Assembly (NCBI GenBank): GCA_964422395.1 | Contig: CAYRAO010000003.1 | Location: 90,344-154,343 of the forward strand | DNA: 64,000 bases | DNA from: an uncultured Clostridia bacterium | GTDB lineage: Bacteria > Acidobacteriota > Aminicenantia > UBA2199 | Direction of reading: 5' to 3' | Shown: piece after piece, positions 16,561 to 27,120 of the stretch | Layout of the letters: every line of letters starts with the position of its first letter | Position numbering within the stretch: the first letter of the stretch is position 1 | Notes under the pieces: model-generated | Databases searched by the model: none | The model's input: only the letters and a program-made list of their open reading frames with translations | Told to the model about the DNA's origin: nothing | Program-made: the position numbers and the translations under genes

Positions 16561-19200
16561 TTATTTGAAATGTTCACTCTTGTGCTTGAGGTAGTGCAGG
16601 ATGTTGAGTGCCTCTAACGGTGTCATTTTTGTGATATCTATCTCTTTAAGTTTATTTCTGATCTCATCCCACACTTTTAATTCTTTATCATCTGGAAAAA
16701 GTACTTTTTGTTTTTCAGGAATCAGATCAATTTTTCCCGAAATTCTCTCTTTTACTATCCTGTCAAGTTCTTTTTTCTCAAGGTTAAGTAGAATATCTTT
16801 TGACCTTTCAATCACTTTTTCGGGAATTCCGGCAATCTTTGCAACGTGGATTCCAAAACTCTGATCTGTTGCACCCGGAACAATTTTGTGAAGAAATACA
16901 ACATTATCATCCCACTCTCTAACGGAAATATGGTAGTTTTTTACCCTAACTAACACATCTGATAATTCCGTAAGCTCATGGTAATGTGTTGCAAACAATG
17001 TTTTCGGTTTCTCTTTTGCCGAATGTAGGTATTCTATAACCGACCAAGCAATCGATAATCCGTCAAATGTAGATGTACCTCTACCTATTTCGTCAAGGAG
17101 TATTAACGATCGGTCGGTAATATTGTTGAGAATTACCGAAGTCTCTATCATCTCAATAAGGAAAGTGGATTTCCCTTCAATCAGGGAGTCGGAGGCACCT
17201 ATTCTGGTAAAAATCCTGTCACAGACTCCAATCACACCCTTTTTTGCAGGGATAAAATATCCTATTTGAGCAAGAATTACTATAAGTGCATTCTGCCTAA
17301 GATAGGTGGATTTCCCACCCATGTTAGGTCCGGTTATAATCAAAATCTGATCTGATCCCGAATTCATCGATGTATCGTTAGGGATAAAACTACTCCCGCT
17401 TTTCATTTCTATTACGGGATGTCTCCCCTCAACTATCATAACCTCTTTTTTATTGTTAATTTCGGGGCGACAATATCCTCTTCTCATAGCGAGCTCTCCT
17501 CCGGCGGATAGTACATCAAGAATAGCACATAGTTCGGAATTTTTGGCAAGAGAAGCTGAATATTCTCTCGTTTTCTCTATTACTTCTAAAAAAAGTTTTT
17601 TTTCAATATAAATTATCTGTTCATCAGCTTTAAGTATTTTGTCTTCCAGTTTCTTTAATTCATCGGTGATAAATCTTTCCGAATTAACAAGAGTTTGTTT
17701 CCGAACATAGTTTTGCGGTACAAGATTTTTATGAGCGTTTGTGATTTCGATAAAATAACCGAAAACTTTGTTGTATTTTATTTTCAAAGAGGGGATTTTT
17801 GTTATTTCCCTCTCTTCTCTTTCCATTGCCGAAATAATCTCTTTAGCATCTCTGCTTATCATTTTCAGTTCGTCAAGATCCTTGTTATATCCTTTTTTGA
17901 TAATGTTCCCGCTGTTTATGTTGTTAGCGGGATCGTCCGAAATTGCAGTATCAATAAGTTTTATAATTTCGGTTAATTCATCAAGATTATCTATTGCAGT
18001 TCTAAGAATTGACGACCTCAAGCTTGCCGATTCTTTTTTAATATCAGGAATTATCTTTAAAGATTTCTTCAGGGCGAGAAGGTGAAAAGGGAGGGCAATA
18101 TTTAAAGATATTTTAGTGTTTAACTTAGCGAGATCACCCGAATTTTTAAGAAGTTTTCTTATCTCTGACCTGACTATAAGATTTTGGGAAAACTCATCGA
18201 CTCCATTTAATCTCTCTTCAATCTCTTTAACATCCGTCAACGGATATGATAACCAGTCTTTCAACAGCCTTCTTCCCATCGGTGTAACTGTCAGGTCGAT
18301 AGAGTTAATTAAGCTTCCCTTAGGTGTGCCGGTTTGGAGATTTTTTAAAATCTCCAGATTTTTAAATGAAACAGGATCAAGAATGAGATAATTTTCACGA
18401 GGAATGAAATGGAGTCCTGAAATATTTGACAAATCGGATCTTCTTACGGAGCGAATATATTTCAAAAGTACTCCCGAAGCAATGACTGCCGAATCATATC
18501 CGGTCAGACCGAGTCCCTCAAGTGATTTTATATTGAACTGCTCTTTAAGAACATTTTCACATTCATAGTAATTGTATTCGTAGGATTCAAGTTTATTTAC
18601 AAGTATATCGGATAGATCGGGAAATCTTTCCGTTATTTTTTTTAATTCATTTTCGTATTCCTCATGAATTACGATCTCTTTTGAAGTCTTTTTGTAAAAT
18701 TCATTGTAAAAGGATTCGTAGCTTGTAAGATCAAAACTTCTCACTTCGAATGATGAAACGGCGAGATCAATTGAAGCTATTGCGATTGATTTTTCATCTT
18801 GATATATTGAAACTACATAATTATTAATACGATCATCAGGAAGATCAATCTCAAGTGCCGTTGCAGGTGTGAGAATCTGTGTGACATCTCTTTTGACAAT
18901 TCCCGATGAGAGAGCAGGGTCTTCAATTTGTTCACATACTGCCACTTTATATCCGTTTTTCAGCAATTTTGAAGCGTAATGGTTTTTTGCATGGTATGGG
19001 ACTCCGCAGAGCGGGATGGCATTTTCCTTTTTCTTGTTTCGGGAAGTTAAAACAACTTCAAGTATCGGAGCTGCGATTTTTGCATCCTCAAAAAACATTT
19101 CATAAAAATCGCCCATCCTAAAAAAGAGTATGGAGTCGGGATAATTTTTCTTTATCTCAAAGTACTGCTTCACCATTGGTGTAAGTTTTCCGTTATCCAT
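16561..19200 (-). CDS. mutS: DNA mismatch repair protein MutS
   Basis: 879 aa. N-terminal mismatch-binding (MVKQYFEIKKNYPD...GDFYEMF). Walker A GPNMGGKSTYLRQ. C-terminal HTH/dimerisation region. Confidence 0.95.
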   Translation of the reverse strand: MDNGKLTPMVKQYFEIKKNYPDSILFFRMGDFYEMFFEDAKIAAPILEVVLTSRNKKKENAIPLCGVPYHAKNHYASKLLKNGYKVAVCEQIEDPALSSGIVKRDVTQILTPATALEIDLPDDRINNYVVSIYQDEKSIAIASIDLAVSSFEVRSFDLTSYESFYNEFYKKTSKEIVIHEEYENELKKITERFPDLSDILVNKLESYEYNYYECENVLKEQFNIKSLEGLGLTGYDSAVIASGVLLKYIRSVRRSDLSNISGLHFIPRENYLILDPVSFKNLEILKNLQTGTPKGSLINSIDLTVTPMGRRLLKDWLSYPLTDVKEIEERLNGVDEFSQNLIVRSEIRKLLKNSGDLAKLNTKISLNIALPFHLLALKKSLKIIPDIKKESASLRSSILRTAIDNLDELTEIIKLIDTAISDDPANNINSGNIIKKGYNKDLDELKMISRDAKEIISAMEREEREITKIPSLKIKYNKVFGYFIEITNAHKNLVPQNYVRKQTLVNSERFITDELKKLEDKILKADEQIIYIEKKLFLEVIEKTREYSASLAKNSELCAILDVLSAGGELAMRRGYCRPEINNKKEVMIVEGRHPVIEMKSGSSFIPNDTSMNSGSDQILIITGPNMGGKSTYLRQNALIVILAQIGYFIPAKKGVIGVCDRIFTRIGASDSLIEGKSTFLIEMIETSVILNNITDRSLILLDEIGRGTSTFDGLSIAWSVIEYLHSAKEKPKTLFATHYHELTELSDVLVRVKNYHISVREWDDNVVFLHKIVPGATDQSFGIHVAKIAGIPEKVIERSKDILLNLEKKELDRIVKERISGKIDLIPEKQKVLFPDDKELKVWDEIRNKLKEIDITKMTPLEALNILHYLKHKSEHFK

Positions 19201-19220
19201 TAAAAAATTATATCACATTG

Positions 19221-19257
19221 ACCTTAACATTTTAATCTTGGTTTGAAATGTTAAGGT
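19221..19257 (+). promoter_or_regulatory. 12-bp perfect inverted repeat ACCTTAACATTT-N13-AAATGTTAAGGT in the mutS/rmuC divergent intergenic region
   Basis: Read directly. Followed by TTGACA (19291-19296). Candidate operator. Confidence 0.35.
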
Positions 19258-19339
19258 ATAAAAAAAACCGTTTGCTCTCTTTGTGAAAGTTGACAATAAC
19301 CGGCAATTAATCTAAAGTCAGTTTTAGGGAGTTTGCAAT

Positions 19340-20656
19340 ATGGGGAATACAGAATGGATACTGTTACTTGGAGGGTTGGTTATAGTTATTTTTTTGCTCA
19401 TAATGAAAATAGTGAGCATCAGGTCGACAGGAGTCAATTCAAATGAAATACTTAAGAATTATATACCGCGGGAGATATATTCCAAGATTGAAAACGAACT
19501 TAGGGAAAGGGAAAAACTCCTGAATGAGAAAAGAGAGATCATATTGGTCTTGAATAGTGAGCTATCATCGGTTCGTGAATCATTAAGAAACATGAAGGAG
19601 AGATTTGAAAATGAAAAAGTTGAGATGAGTAAACTTCAAGAAAAATTCAAGATTGAATTTGAAAATGTTGCAAACCGATTGCTTGAAGAGAAAAGTAAAA
19701 AATTTACTGAGATCAATGAACAAAATATATCAAAGATAATTACCCCTTTTAGAGAAAAATTAACGGATTTTAAAAGAGATATCGAAACTATTCATAAGGA
19801 GGAGAGCAGAGAGGTTATTTCACTCAAAACGGAAATTAAGTCTTTAATGGATCTTAATCTGAAAGTCAGTAAAGATGCGGGTAATCTTGCAAAGGCTCTC
19901 AAAGGTGATTCAAAACTTCAGGGAGATTGGGGGGAAATCAGCTTGGAGAGAGTTCTTGAAAAAGCGGGACTTGAGGAAAAGATTCACTATTCCAAACAGG
20001 AAGTTTTCACTTCCGCTGACAACAGAAAAAGGAGACCGGATTTTATTATTCATCTTCCCGAGGGGAAGGATGTAATAATTGATTCAAAGGTTTCACTTAC
20101 TGCATATGAGAAATATTTTAATACTGAAGACCACTCCGAAAAAGAGCTATTTCTAAAAGATCATTTAAAAAGTATAAAGGATCATATTTCAGGATTGAGT
20201 AACAAAAATTATCAGAACTTGTACGGTATTAATTCTCCCGACTATATTCTTATGTATATGCCGGTGGAATCCGCTCTTGTTCTTGCACTTAATAATGATC
20301 AGAAAATAGTTGAGGATGCATTGGAGAAAAATATTGTTTTTGTGACTACATCAACGTTGTTGGCGACTCTTAAAACGGTTTCATACTTGTGGAAACAAGA
20401 GAACCAAAAGAAAAATGTTTCCGAGATTGCAAGACAAGGAGGGGCTCTCTACGACAAATTCGTGAATTTTGTTTCCGATCTCGAAAATATCGGGGAGAAG
20501 CTGGAAATCGCCCGTTCAAGTTACGAGGCTGCAATGAATAAATTGGTCTCTGGTGGAAAAAAAGGGGATACAATAGTGGGAAGAATAAAAAATCTAAAAA
20601 AACTCGGAGCTAAAACAACTAAAGAGATTTCTGAAAAAATATCCGAAATTAATTAA
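19340..20656 (+). CDS. rmuC: DNA recombination protein RmuC
   Basis: N-terminal TM, long coiled coil, and C-terminal RmuC nuclease-like domain (MYMPVESALVLALN...). Confidence 0.8.
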   Translation: MGNTEWILLLGGLVIVIFLLIMKIVSIRSTGVNSNEILKNYIPREIYSKIENELREREKLLNEKREIILVLNSELSSVRESLRNMKERFENEKVEMSKLQEKFKIEFENVANRLLEEKSKKFTEINEQNISKIITPFREKLTDFKRDIETIHKEESREVISLKTEIKSLMDLNLKVSKDAGNLAKALKGDSKLQGDWGEISLERVLEKAGLEEKIHYSKQEVFTSADNRKRRPDFIIHLPEGKDVIIDSKVSLTAYEKYFNTEDHSEKELFLKDHLKSIKDHISGLSNKNYQNLYGINSPDYILMYMPVESALVLALNNDQKIVEDALEKNIVFVTTSTLLATLKTVSYLWKQENQKKNVSEIARQGGALYDKFVNFVSDLENIGEKLEIARSSYEAAMNKLVSGGKKGDTIVGRIKNLKKLGAKTTKEISEKISEIN

Positions 20657-21465
20657 CTTTCTTTCTTTTCAGGTTTATCTTTTTTTTCACTCTTTTTCTT
20701 ATTCATAATTCTACGTATAAGTTTTTTGGCTTTATTAATGTATTTTGATTTCGGATAGCTGTTTATTATTTTTTGAAAAAAGGAGATAGCGGAGTCTGTC
20801 TTATCAATTTTTTTGTAACATACCCCAGTGTAATAGTATAATTTATCAAATTTTGTAAATTGAGGATAGTTATCTATTACTTCTTTAAAACGGCTGATGG
20901 CACCTTTGTAAGCTTTAAGTCTGAAATTAGACATCCCTATTCTGAAATAATGTGTTCCCAATCTATTTTTAAGTTTTTTTATGATAGTTTCCGCTTTGTC
21001 GGATTCTTCGGTACCGGGAAATAACTTTTGTAGCTTTTCGTAAGCTGTTATTGCAAGTTTGGTATTTGTCTGGTCTCTACCTGCACTTTTGCTCTGTTTT
21101 TCATAACATTTCCCTATCTGAAATTTTGCATATATTGAATCCGGTGAGTTTGGATACAAGTTTACAAATTCTTGATACTCGGAAGCTGCAATCAAAAGTG
21201 ATGATGAATCTCTCTGTTTAAAGTATGAATCAGCTATTCCGATCTTTGCTTTTTTTGCATAAATGCTATCCGGATAGAGCTGAAGAATCTCTTTGAAAAG
21301 TAATCTTGATTTTTCGTAATCTTTTTTGCCTATTTTTACAGCTCTTTCGTATATGGCTTTATCTGAACCTAATTTTGAAGGGTTGAGAGATATGTCTTTT
21401 TTTGAACTGCATCCTGTAATCAAGATCAGTACGGAAACTAAACCAACTATAATCAGCTTCTTCAT
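20653..21465 (-). CDS. TPR lipoprotein, BamD/YfiO-like outer-membrane assembly factor
   Basis: Lipobox LITGCSS. TPR-like repeats typical of BamD (YERAVKIGKKDYEKSRLLFKEILQLYPDSIYAKKAKIGIADSYF). Lys-rich C-terminal tail. Confidence 0.55.
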   Translation of the reverse strand: MKKLIIVGLVSVLILITGCSSKKDISLNPSKLGSDKAIYERAVKIGKKDYEKSRLLFKEILQLYPDSIYAKKAKIGIADSYFKQRDSSSLLIAASEYQEFVNLYPNSPDSIYAKFQIGKCYEKQSKSAGRDQTNTKLAITAYEKLQKLFPGTEESDKAETIIKKLKNRLGTHYFRIGMSNFRLKAYKGAISRFKEVIDNYPQFTKFDKLYYYTGVCYKKIDKTDSAISFFQKIINSYPKSKYINKAKKLIRRIMNKKKSEKKDKPEKKES

Positions 21466-22127
21466 TTTTTTTCTCCTGCAATTGTTTTTAATATATTATT
21501 TATTTCTTTTTCAATAAAATTTGAATTGTAAAGTGATGTCCCAATTACAAACAAATCCACACCTTTGCTGCTTAAGATACCGGTATTGGAGATGTTAATT
21601 CCACCGTCTATCTGAATCAGACAGGACGAATCCGAATTGTCAATTTCTTTTTTAATTCCAATTAATCTGTCAATTGATTCCATAATGAACTTCTGTCCTC
21701 CGTAACCGGGGAAAACACTCATTAACAGTACATAATCAATTTTGCTGATGAAAGGAAATAACTCGGAAATGTCCGTGTCGGGATTTATTGCCAATCCAGC
21801 TTTAAGTCCTGCATCTTTAATCATTGCAATGTTATCTTCTATTTCGGCGGTTGCCTCTATATGAAATGATATCCAGTCCGAACCCGCTTTGATAAAATAA
21901 GGGATTATTTTGTCGGGATTGGATACCATTAGATGAGAATCGATCTTAAATTCAAATCTTTTTTTTAATGGCTGAACAACAGAAGGCCCGAAAGAAAGAT
22001 TATCAACAAAATGACCATCCATAATATCAAGGTGAATAAAGTCTATCCCCGACTTCTTGAAATCGGTAAGTTTTTCTTCGAGATTAAAAAAATCTGTAGA
22101 TAAAATTGAAGGAAATACCGGATTCAT
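21462..22127 (-). CDS. rpe: ribulose-phosphate 3-epimerase
   Basis: IHLDIMDGHFVDNLSFGP and ...DGGIN... motifs. 221 aa. Confidence 0.9.
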   Translation of the reverse strand: MNPVFPSILSTDFFNLEEKLTDFKKSGIDFIHLDIMDGHFVDNLSFGPSVVQPLKKRFEFKIDSHLMVSNPDKIIPYFIKAGSDWISFHIEATAEIEDNIAMIKDAGLKAGLAINPDTDISELFPFISKIDYVLLMSVFPGYGGQKFIMESIDRLIGIKKEIDNSDSSCLIQIDGGINISNTGILSSKGVDLFVIGTSLYNSNFIEKEINNILKTIAGEKK

Positions 22128-22864
22128 TCACTTACCTGAATACTAATTCTGTTCTTTGAACTGATTTTAAATCCCTGAGAAGGATTCTGCCAAATAATTA
22201 TGTTCGGTTTAAGTCCCGGATAAGATACTTTTGTTATTTTCTCTATATTTAGTCCGATAATTTCAAAGTATGTTAATATTTTTTCTGCATTTTTACCAAT
22301 AATGTCCGGCATTATGAATTCTCTATTTCTTTTCCCTTTACTGACAAGAATATCCATGTCGGAGTTTATGGGAACATGAGAACCGGATTTTAAGGATTGA
22401 GTGATAATATAATCCTGCGGAACACTGTTAGAGTAGATGTAAGAGACATATCTTTTTTTTAATTCACTCTCTTTTATCAGTTTTCTACTCTCTTCTCTTG
22501 TATAACCGCCAAGGTCGGGAACAATCACTTCTACAAGTTCCGAAGTTACGAATATTTTAAGATTTGACCTTTTTTTGATAAATACCCCCGGCTCGGGAAT
22601 CTGTTTTATTACTGTCTGCGGTTTATAGTTTCTGCTGAAATTACCCGCAACTTTTTTTAAGAAAATTCCCTTTTCCTGAGCCGTCTTTGCAGCTTCGTTA
22701 ATGTTTTTTCCTATAAGATCGGGAGCCTTGATCTCATCTCCTTTTATTAAAGTACTCATAGTAAAGAAAACCGAGATTACGAATAAAAGCATATAAAAAA
22801 CTCCTACTCCCAGTATTTTGGATATTATTAATAATCGTCTCTTCATTGCAATTGAATTTATCAT
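22124..22864 (-). CDS. membrane-anchored protein with two PASTA-like domains
   Basis: N-terminal TM followed by two PASTA-like repeats of about 70 aa (KAPDLIGKNINEA...; IMPDIIGKNAEKI...). Confidence 0.5.
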   Translation of the reverse strand: MINSIAMKRRLLIISKILGVGVFYMLLFVISVFFTMSTLIKGDEIKAPDLIGKNINEAAKTAQEKGIFLKKVAGNFSRNYKPQTVIKQIPEPGVFIKKRSNLKIFVTSELVEVIVPDLGGYTREESRKLIKESELKKRYVSYIYSNSVPQDYIITQSLKSGSHVPINSDMDILVSKGKRNREFIMPDIIGKNAEKILTYFEIIGLNIEKITKVSYPGLKPNIIIWQNPSQGFKISSKNRISIQVSE

Positions 22865-22956
22865 AGAATCTTTGTTAATTCAAATTTGAACTTCAATCTC
22901 AAATTTACCTCAATTAATATAAGACGAAATCTTTATAACTATGGATGCAAGGCTAT

Positions 22957-23289
22957 TTATTTTTCTCTTAGTTTTTTTTCTAATATTGAATTTTTGTGAG
23001 CAAGGTCTTTTAATTGTTCTTTTGTCCGAGTTATCTCCTCTTCGAGTTTAAAAATTGAGTAAATAATGAAAAGTGATGTTAATAAAAATAGAAGTGAAGG
23101 GGGGTGGTTAATTCCCAATATTTCTGATAATTTGTCTATCGTTTTTGGAAATATGGATAGCAAGAGCATCACAATTCCGCCGAGTATCCAGAAGATGCTT
23201 CTTCCCTCGGAAAATTTGTTTTTTTTTACTTTCAACAAGATTATTAGTATTGCTGCTATACCGAAAAAAGCGAAAAAAAATCTATACAT
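22957..23289 (-). CDS. DUF2304-family small membrane protein (partner of GtrB-like GT2)
   Basis: Two TM helices plus a C-terminal coiled coil. Immediately downstream of, and overlapping, the GT2 gene, as is typical for DUF2304. Confidence 0.55.
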   Translation of the reverse strand: MYRFFFAFFGIAAILIILLKVKKNKFSEGRSIFWILGGIVMLLLSIFPKTIDKLSEILGINHPPSLLFLLTSLFIIYSIFKLEEEITRTKEQLKDLAHKNSILEKKLREK

Positions 23290-24019
23290 CCTGACCTCCT
23301 GCCTTTCTCAGGCTACCAAAAACAAAGAAGAGAATTGTTATCAAAATGCTGTAAAATATTTTGATCATGTATTTTACAGGTCCTATTATTCCCGTATGCA
23401 TACTTTCTCCGTGTTTCCTCTCTTTCATCTTTACCGGAATTTCTTCAATTTTATATCCGAGAAGGAGCATTTTAATGATCAGGTTTGCGTCTGGAAATTG
23501 GGGATAGTTAAACATTTCACTGTAATTCTTATAAACATTTTTTGCAAGAATTTGAAATCCCGATGTCGGATCCGTAATATTTTTCCCTGTTGTAATTTTT
23601 ATTAGAGAAGAGAAAATCTTGGAACCGATCTTTCTAAACAGTGGGTGAGGATAATCGGTATTGATCTTAAATCGTGATCCGATAACTATATCCGCTTTTT
23701 TCATTTTAATATGATCATAGATTTTACGGATTTCTTTTGCCATATGTTGACCGTCTCCGTCAAATTGAATTACATAGTCGTAGTTTTTTTCTCTGGAATA
23801 TTTGAAACCGGCTTGAAGTGCACCTGCATAACCCATGTTAAACGGGAGATCAAGATAATCGACACCGATGGATTCAAGTTTTTCCACGGTTTTGTCTGTT
23901 GAGTTATCGTTTATAACGAGAATATCTGTTGATGCACAATTTTCCCGAATATCGGAGATTACTTCCGCAATATTTTTCTCTTCATTGTAAACCGGAATTA
24001 TTATTAGAATCCTATCCAT
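23282..24019 (-). CDS. GT2 family polyprenyl-phosphate glycosyltransferase (GtrB/DPM1-like)
   Basis: IIIPVYNEEKNI, DxD region (IQFDGDGQH), and C-terminal TM anchor. 245 aa. Confidence 0.8.
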   Translation of the reverse strand: MDRILIIIPVYNEEKNIAEVISDIRENCASTDILVINDNSTDKTVEKLESIGVDYLDLPFNMGYAGALQAGFKYSREKNYDYVIQFDGDGQHMAKEIRKIYDHIKMKKADIVIGSRFKINTDYPHPLFRKIGSKIFSSLIKITTGKNITDPTSGFQILAKNVYKNYSEMFNYPQFPDANLIIKMLLLGYKIEEIPVKMKERKHGESMHTGIIGPVKYMIKIFYSILITILFFVFGSLRKAGGQDV

Positions 24020-24210
24020 GATTTCTCTGAATGTAACTATAGAGTTTATATCATCTAACCCTCAGAGTGTCAATTCACTTTTATAATCGGTAATTCTCTT
24101 GTCCATACTTTGATCCGGCTACAATTTCCTTTTCCAAGTAATAACTTATAATATCTTTTGCATATTTGAAATTGAAAAGCTTTGAAGCATTAGGGAAATA
24201 GTCGAAGAAG

Positions 24211-25089
24211 TCAAGAAGTCAACGACCGTCCCCAAGACTCAATCATTTCAGCAAGATTTCTTTCTTTGTATCCCAGAGTTGATAGGTCGGATCTGATGGA
24301 AATTTTACTGTTCCGTTTAAGACCTTTTAAATTGTCAGTATCAATTTCCAACCCTGATATTTTTAAAAGTTCCGCTAATTTAACAATTGGATAAATTAGG
24401 GTATATGGTAAGGGAATTAAAAAAGTTTTCTTCCCCGATATTTTTTTCAAACAGGTTAAAATTTTCTTAAGAGAAGTAGCTTCCTTAAATTGGAGGTTCC
24501 AGCCTGAGTTTTGTTCCGATTTTATCTCACCTATGATAATCCTGTAGATGAGATCGTAAATTGTATTAGGATCTGTCGGAAAGATTGGAAATTTATCTCC
24601 TCCGATAATTGGAATAACGGGTGAAGAGTTGACCGATTTTATCAGACGACCCAACATCCCGCCGTTTGCAATTACAAGTCCAAGTCTAAAAACATGGAAA
24701 TTGTTATTAAAAAACCATTCTTCCAAATATTTTTTGCTTTTTCCATAGGGAGTTAAAAATTTGGATTGGGATGATATGGAACTCATAAATATCTGTTCTT
24801 TTACCCCCGCCTGCAATGCATCTTTTGCCCACCTGATTGTTCCGGTTGTATTAACGTTATTCGATTTATCCTTTTTATCGAAGGCACAGTGAATTATGAT
24901 ATCATATCTTTCTTTAGGAATTGTAAGCGGTTCACCTAAAACGGTTTTAATTGTGTGATCCATATTTTCGATATTAGTCTTTCTTGAAGTTATGCCGGTT
25001 ATTTCAATGTCTTTGTCTACTTTTTTCAGGTATTCGGCTATACCGGAACCAATTAGTCCTCCGGCTCCCGTGACGAGGATTCTTTTCAA
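24211..25089 (-). CDS. NAD-dependent sugar epimerase/reductase (SDR family)
   Basis: ILVTGAGGLIGSGIAEYL Rossmann motif. 292 aa. Function inferred from context: possibly a 4-keto-6-deoxyhexose reductase. Confidence 0.7.
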   Translation of the reverse strand: MKRILVTGAGGLIGSGIAEYLKKVDKDIEITGITSRKTNIENMDHTIKTVLGEPLTIPKERYDIIIHCAFDKKDKSNNVNTTGTIRWAKDALQAGVKEQIFMSSISSQSKFLTPYGKSKKYLEEWFFNNNFHVFRLGLVIANGGMLGRLIKSVNSSPVIPIIGGDKFPIFPTDPNTIYDLIYRIIIGEIKSEQNSGWNLQFKEATSLKKILTCLKKISGKKTFLIPLPYTLIYPIVKLAELLKISGLEIDTDNLKGLKRNSKISIRSDLSTLGYKERNLAEMIESWGRSLTS

Positions 25090-26678
25090 TTTCTTCTCAC
25101 CTTGTCCGATATCTTATCCGCTATTCTCATTGAGTTTGCCATGATTGTAAAGGAGAGATTTTTTGAAGAAATATGGGAGAAAGACGAACCGTCAACAATA
25201 TAGATTCCTGATTCCCCATGAAGTTCTCCATCGGGCGAAGATTCATAATCAGATGTGGTTTTACTTTTCATCGGGATCGTTCCGGCATAGTGGATCGCAT
25301 ATCCCTGCATTGACTGCTCAATAATCAGCGGGTGAGTCAATGCTCCCATTCCGAACAATGCGTTTACAATTTTTTTAACGGGTTGTTTATCCAAAATTAG
25401 ATTTTTTTGAACTATCTCAAGTTCGTTGTTTTTATTGAGTCTGATAGATCCTGCATCATTTTTCGAAGAAGGATAGTATAAGAACATTGCGAGAAGGGAG
25501 GTCGAGATCATTTTTATTAATTTTAAATTCATGACGGAGCTTGCGGGAAATTTTTCAAAAAATACCGATCTCGGCGGAGAAGTAAGTTCAATAATACTCC
25601 CCTGTAATGTTGTACCGTTTTCCGGTGATTTGAATATTAAGTTCAGGTTGGTCATTCCGAATGCCGATTTATCAATTGGCGATCCGAGAAAAGAGGGTAA
25701 GAATACAGGGATCTGAAGGAGGGGATTATCAAGAATGGGAAGCTTTGTCAAAGTATCTTTTTTTGAGCTTAATATAAGTTTGGCAGAGTTCAGTGTCCCT
25801 GTCGCAATGATCAAATTATCGGTTGTTGTTTTGAACGGAGAATTATCAGATATGTTTTTTCCGTTTATGATAATTTTTCCATTTTTCCTATTCCAAGATT
25901 CTACATAAATTCCTTTTCTATAAATTACTTTATCCTCTTTTATCAGGCGATTTAAAGATTGAGCGGGGTTGTATACCCATGGGATATCCGATAGCCATGT
26001 TTCAAAATTGGAATAGTTGCACTTATCTCTTCCTTTATGGTTTTTTGTTAGGACCCCGATTCTCGGATATCCGATAAAAATACCGTTTTTATTAAATTTA
26101 TCTCTCTTTTTACTGTATTTTTTATACAAATATTCAGCTTTTCCGGATAACCGAACCGGTGGAAGAAGTGTATCGTCATTTCCGAAGAAAGGGGCAAGAT
26201 CATCATTTTGCCCCGAAATTCCGATCTCTTTTGATAAGGCATCGTAGAAAGGATTCAGGGAAGCGGAACGAAGAGGCATGTTTTGTAGCTCACTTTCATT
26301 GTATCTGTAAAGCCCTGCTCCCCAAGCTGCCGCAAGGCCCCCGATTGCAAAACTTTGGATTGCACTGAAATTTGATGTTTTCAACGGCGAATGCTCTTTA
26401 TGATCCGAAATAATATAATTATTCATAGGAGAGGTTAATTTCGGAGGTAAGCTTGTTCCGTTCAAAATATTAGATAATCCTTCCAAATTTTCCCCGATCA
26501 TAAGATCAAACAATTCATTGTTTTTCCTGTAATCGTATAAATTTCCGCTGACATTACAAGTTTTTTTATTTGTATCCCCGACATCAAGTATTGTAGGTAC
26601 TATCCCTTTTTTTTCAAATCCCAGAGCAGCTGATATGCCCGATGCACCGCTACCGATTATTACTATTTTTTTATTCAC
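25086..26678 (-). CDS. GMC-family FAD-dependent oxidoreductase
   Basis: N-terminal FAD-binding fingerprint (IVIIGSGASGISAAL) and GMC C-terminal block (DGSSFSHISSKNLSFTIMANSMRIADKI). Confidence 0.7.
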   Translation of the reverse strand: MNKKIVIIGSGASGISAALGFEKKGIVPTILDVGDTNKKTCNVSGNLYDYRKNNELFDLMIGENLEGLSNILNGTSLPPKLTSPMNNYIISDHKEHSPLKTSNFSAIQSFAIGGLAAAWGAGLYRYNESELQNMPLRSASLNPFYDALSKEIGISGQNDDLAPFFGNDDTLLPPVRLSGKAEYLYKKYSKKRDKFNKNGIFIGYPRIGVLTKNHKGRDKCNYSNFETWLSDIPWVYNPAQSLNRLIKEDKVIYRKGIYVESWNRKNGKIIINGKNISDNSPFKTTTDNLIIATGTLNSAKLILSSKKDTLTKLPILDNPLLQIPVFLPSFLGSPIDKSAFGMTNLNLIFKSPENGTTLQGSIIELTSPPRSVFFEKFPASSVMNLKLIKMISTSLLAMFLYYPSSKNDAGSIRLNKNNELEIVQKNLILDKQPVKKIVNALFGMGALTHPLIIEQSMQGYAIHYAGTIPMKSKTTSDYESSPDGELHGESGIYIVDGSSFSHISSKNLSFTIMANSMRIADKISDKVRRN

Positions 26679-27073
26679 TTTATCATTAGTTTTAAAATCA
26701 AAAAGCCTTTTAGAAATTTATAAACGGAATTGAAAGGTATTGTTATTATTATCCACAAAGTTTTAATGAGACTCTTTTTCTCATTGATAAAAAGATCATA
26801 GTTTTCCGGCATGCATTCTCCGAGATAGACCATAATTCTGAATTTTTTTATCAGCATATCGTTGCATCGGAGAATCCTTGAGGCATACTCTACGGAAGCG
26901 AGATCCAAATTTTTTTCAATAATTTTTTTATATTTTTGAATCTCCCCTTTTGAAGCTGTTGATTCTAATGCTGTGGAAGATCTCTTGAACCATTCCGTAA
27001 TAACATTCGGAATCTCTTTTTTGAATATTGCCCGATATATCTTTTCCGCTTCCGTTCTTATCATTAAGTTCAT
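26675..27073 (-). CDS. hypothetical protein (132 aa), translationally coupled to the GMC oxidoreductase
   Basis: ATGA overlap with the downstream gene. Hydrophobic C-terminus. No recognisable motifs. Confidence 0.4.
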   Translation of the reverse strand: MNLMIRTEAEKIYRAIFKKEIPNVITEWFKRSSTALESTASKGEIQKYKKIIEKNLDLASVEYASRILRCNDMLIKKFRIMVYLGECMPENYDLFINEKKSLIKTLWIIITIPFNSVYKFLKGFLILKLMIK

Positions 27074-27120
27074 TATATATTATTTTCCGGATATTGAGAA
27101 TTTAATTACGGGAGAAATGG

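Noticed and set aside
24201-24220. Tandem AGAAGTCA-AGAAGTCA direct repeat
   Set aside because: It straddles the stop codon of the SDR gene, with only two short copies. No evidence of function.
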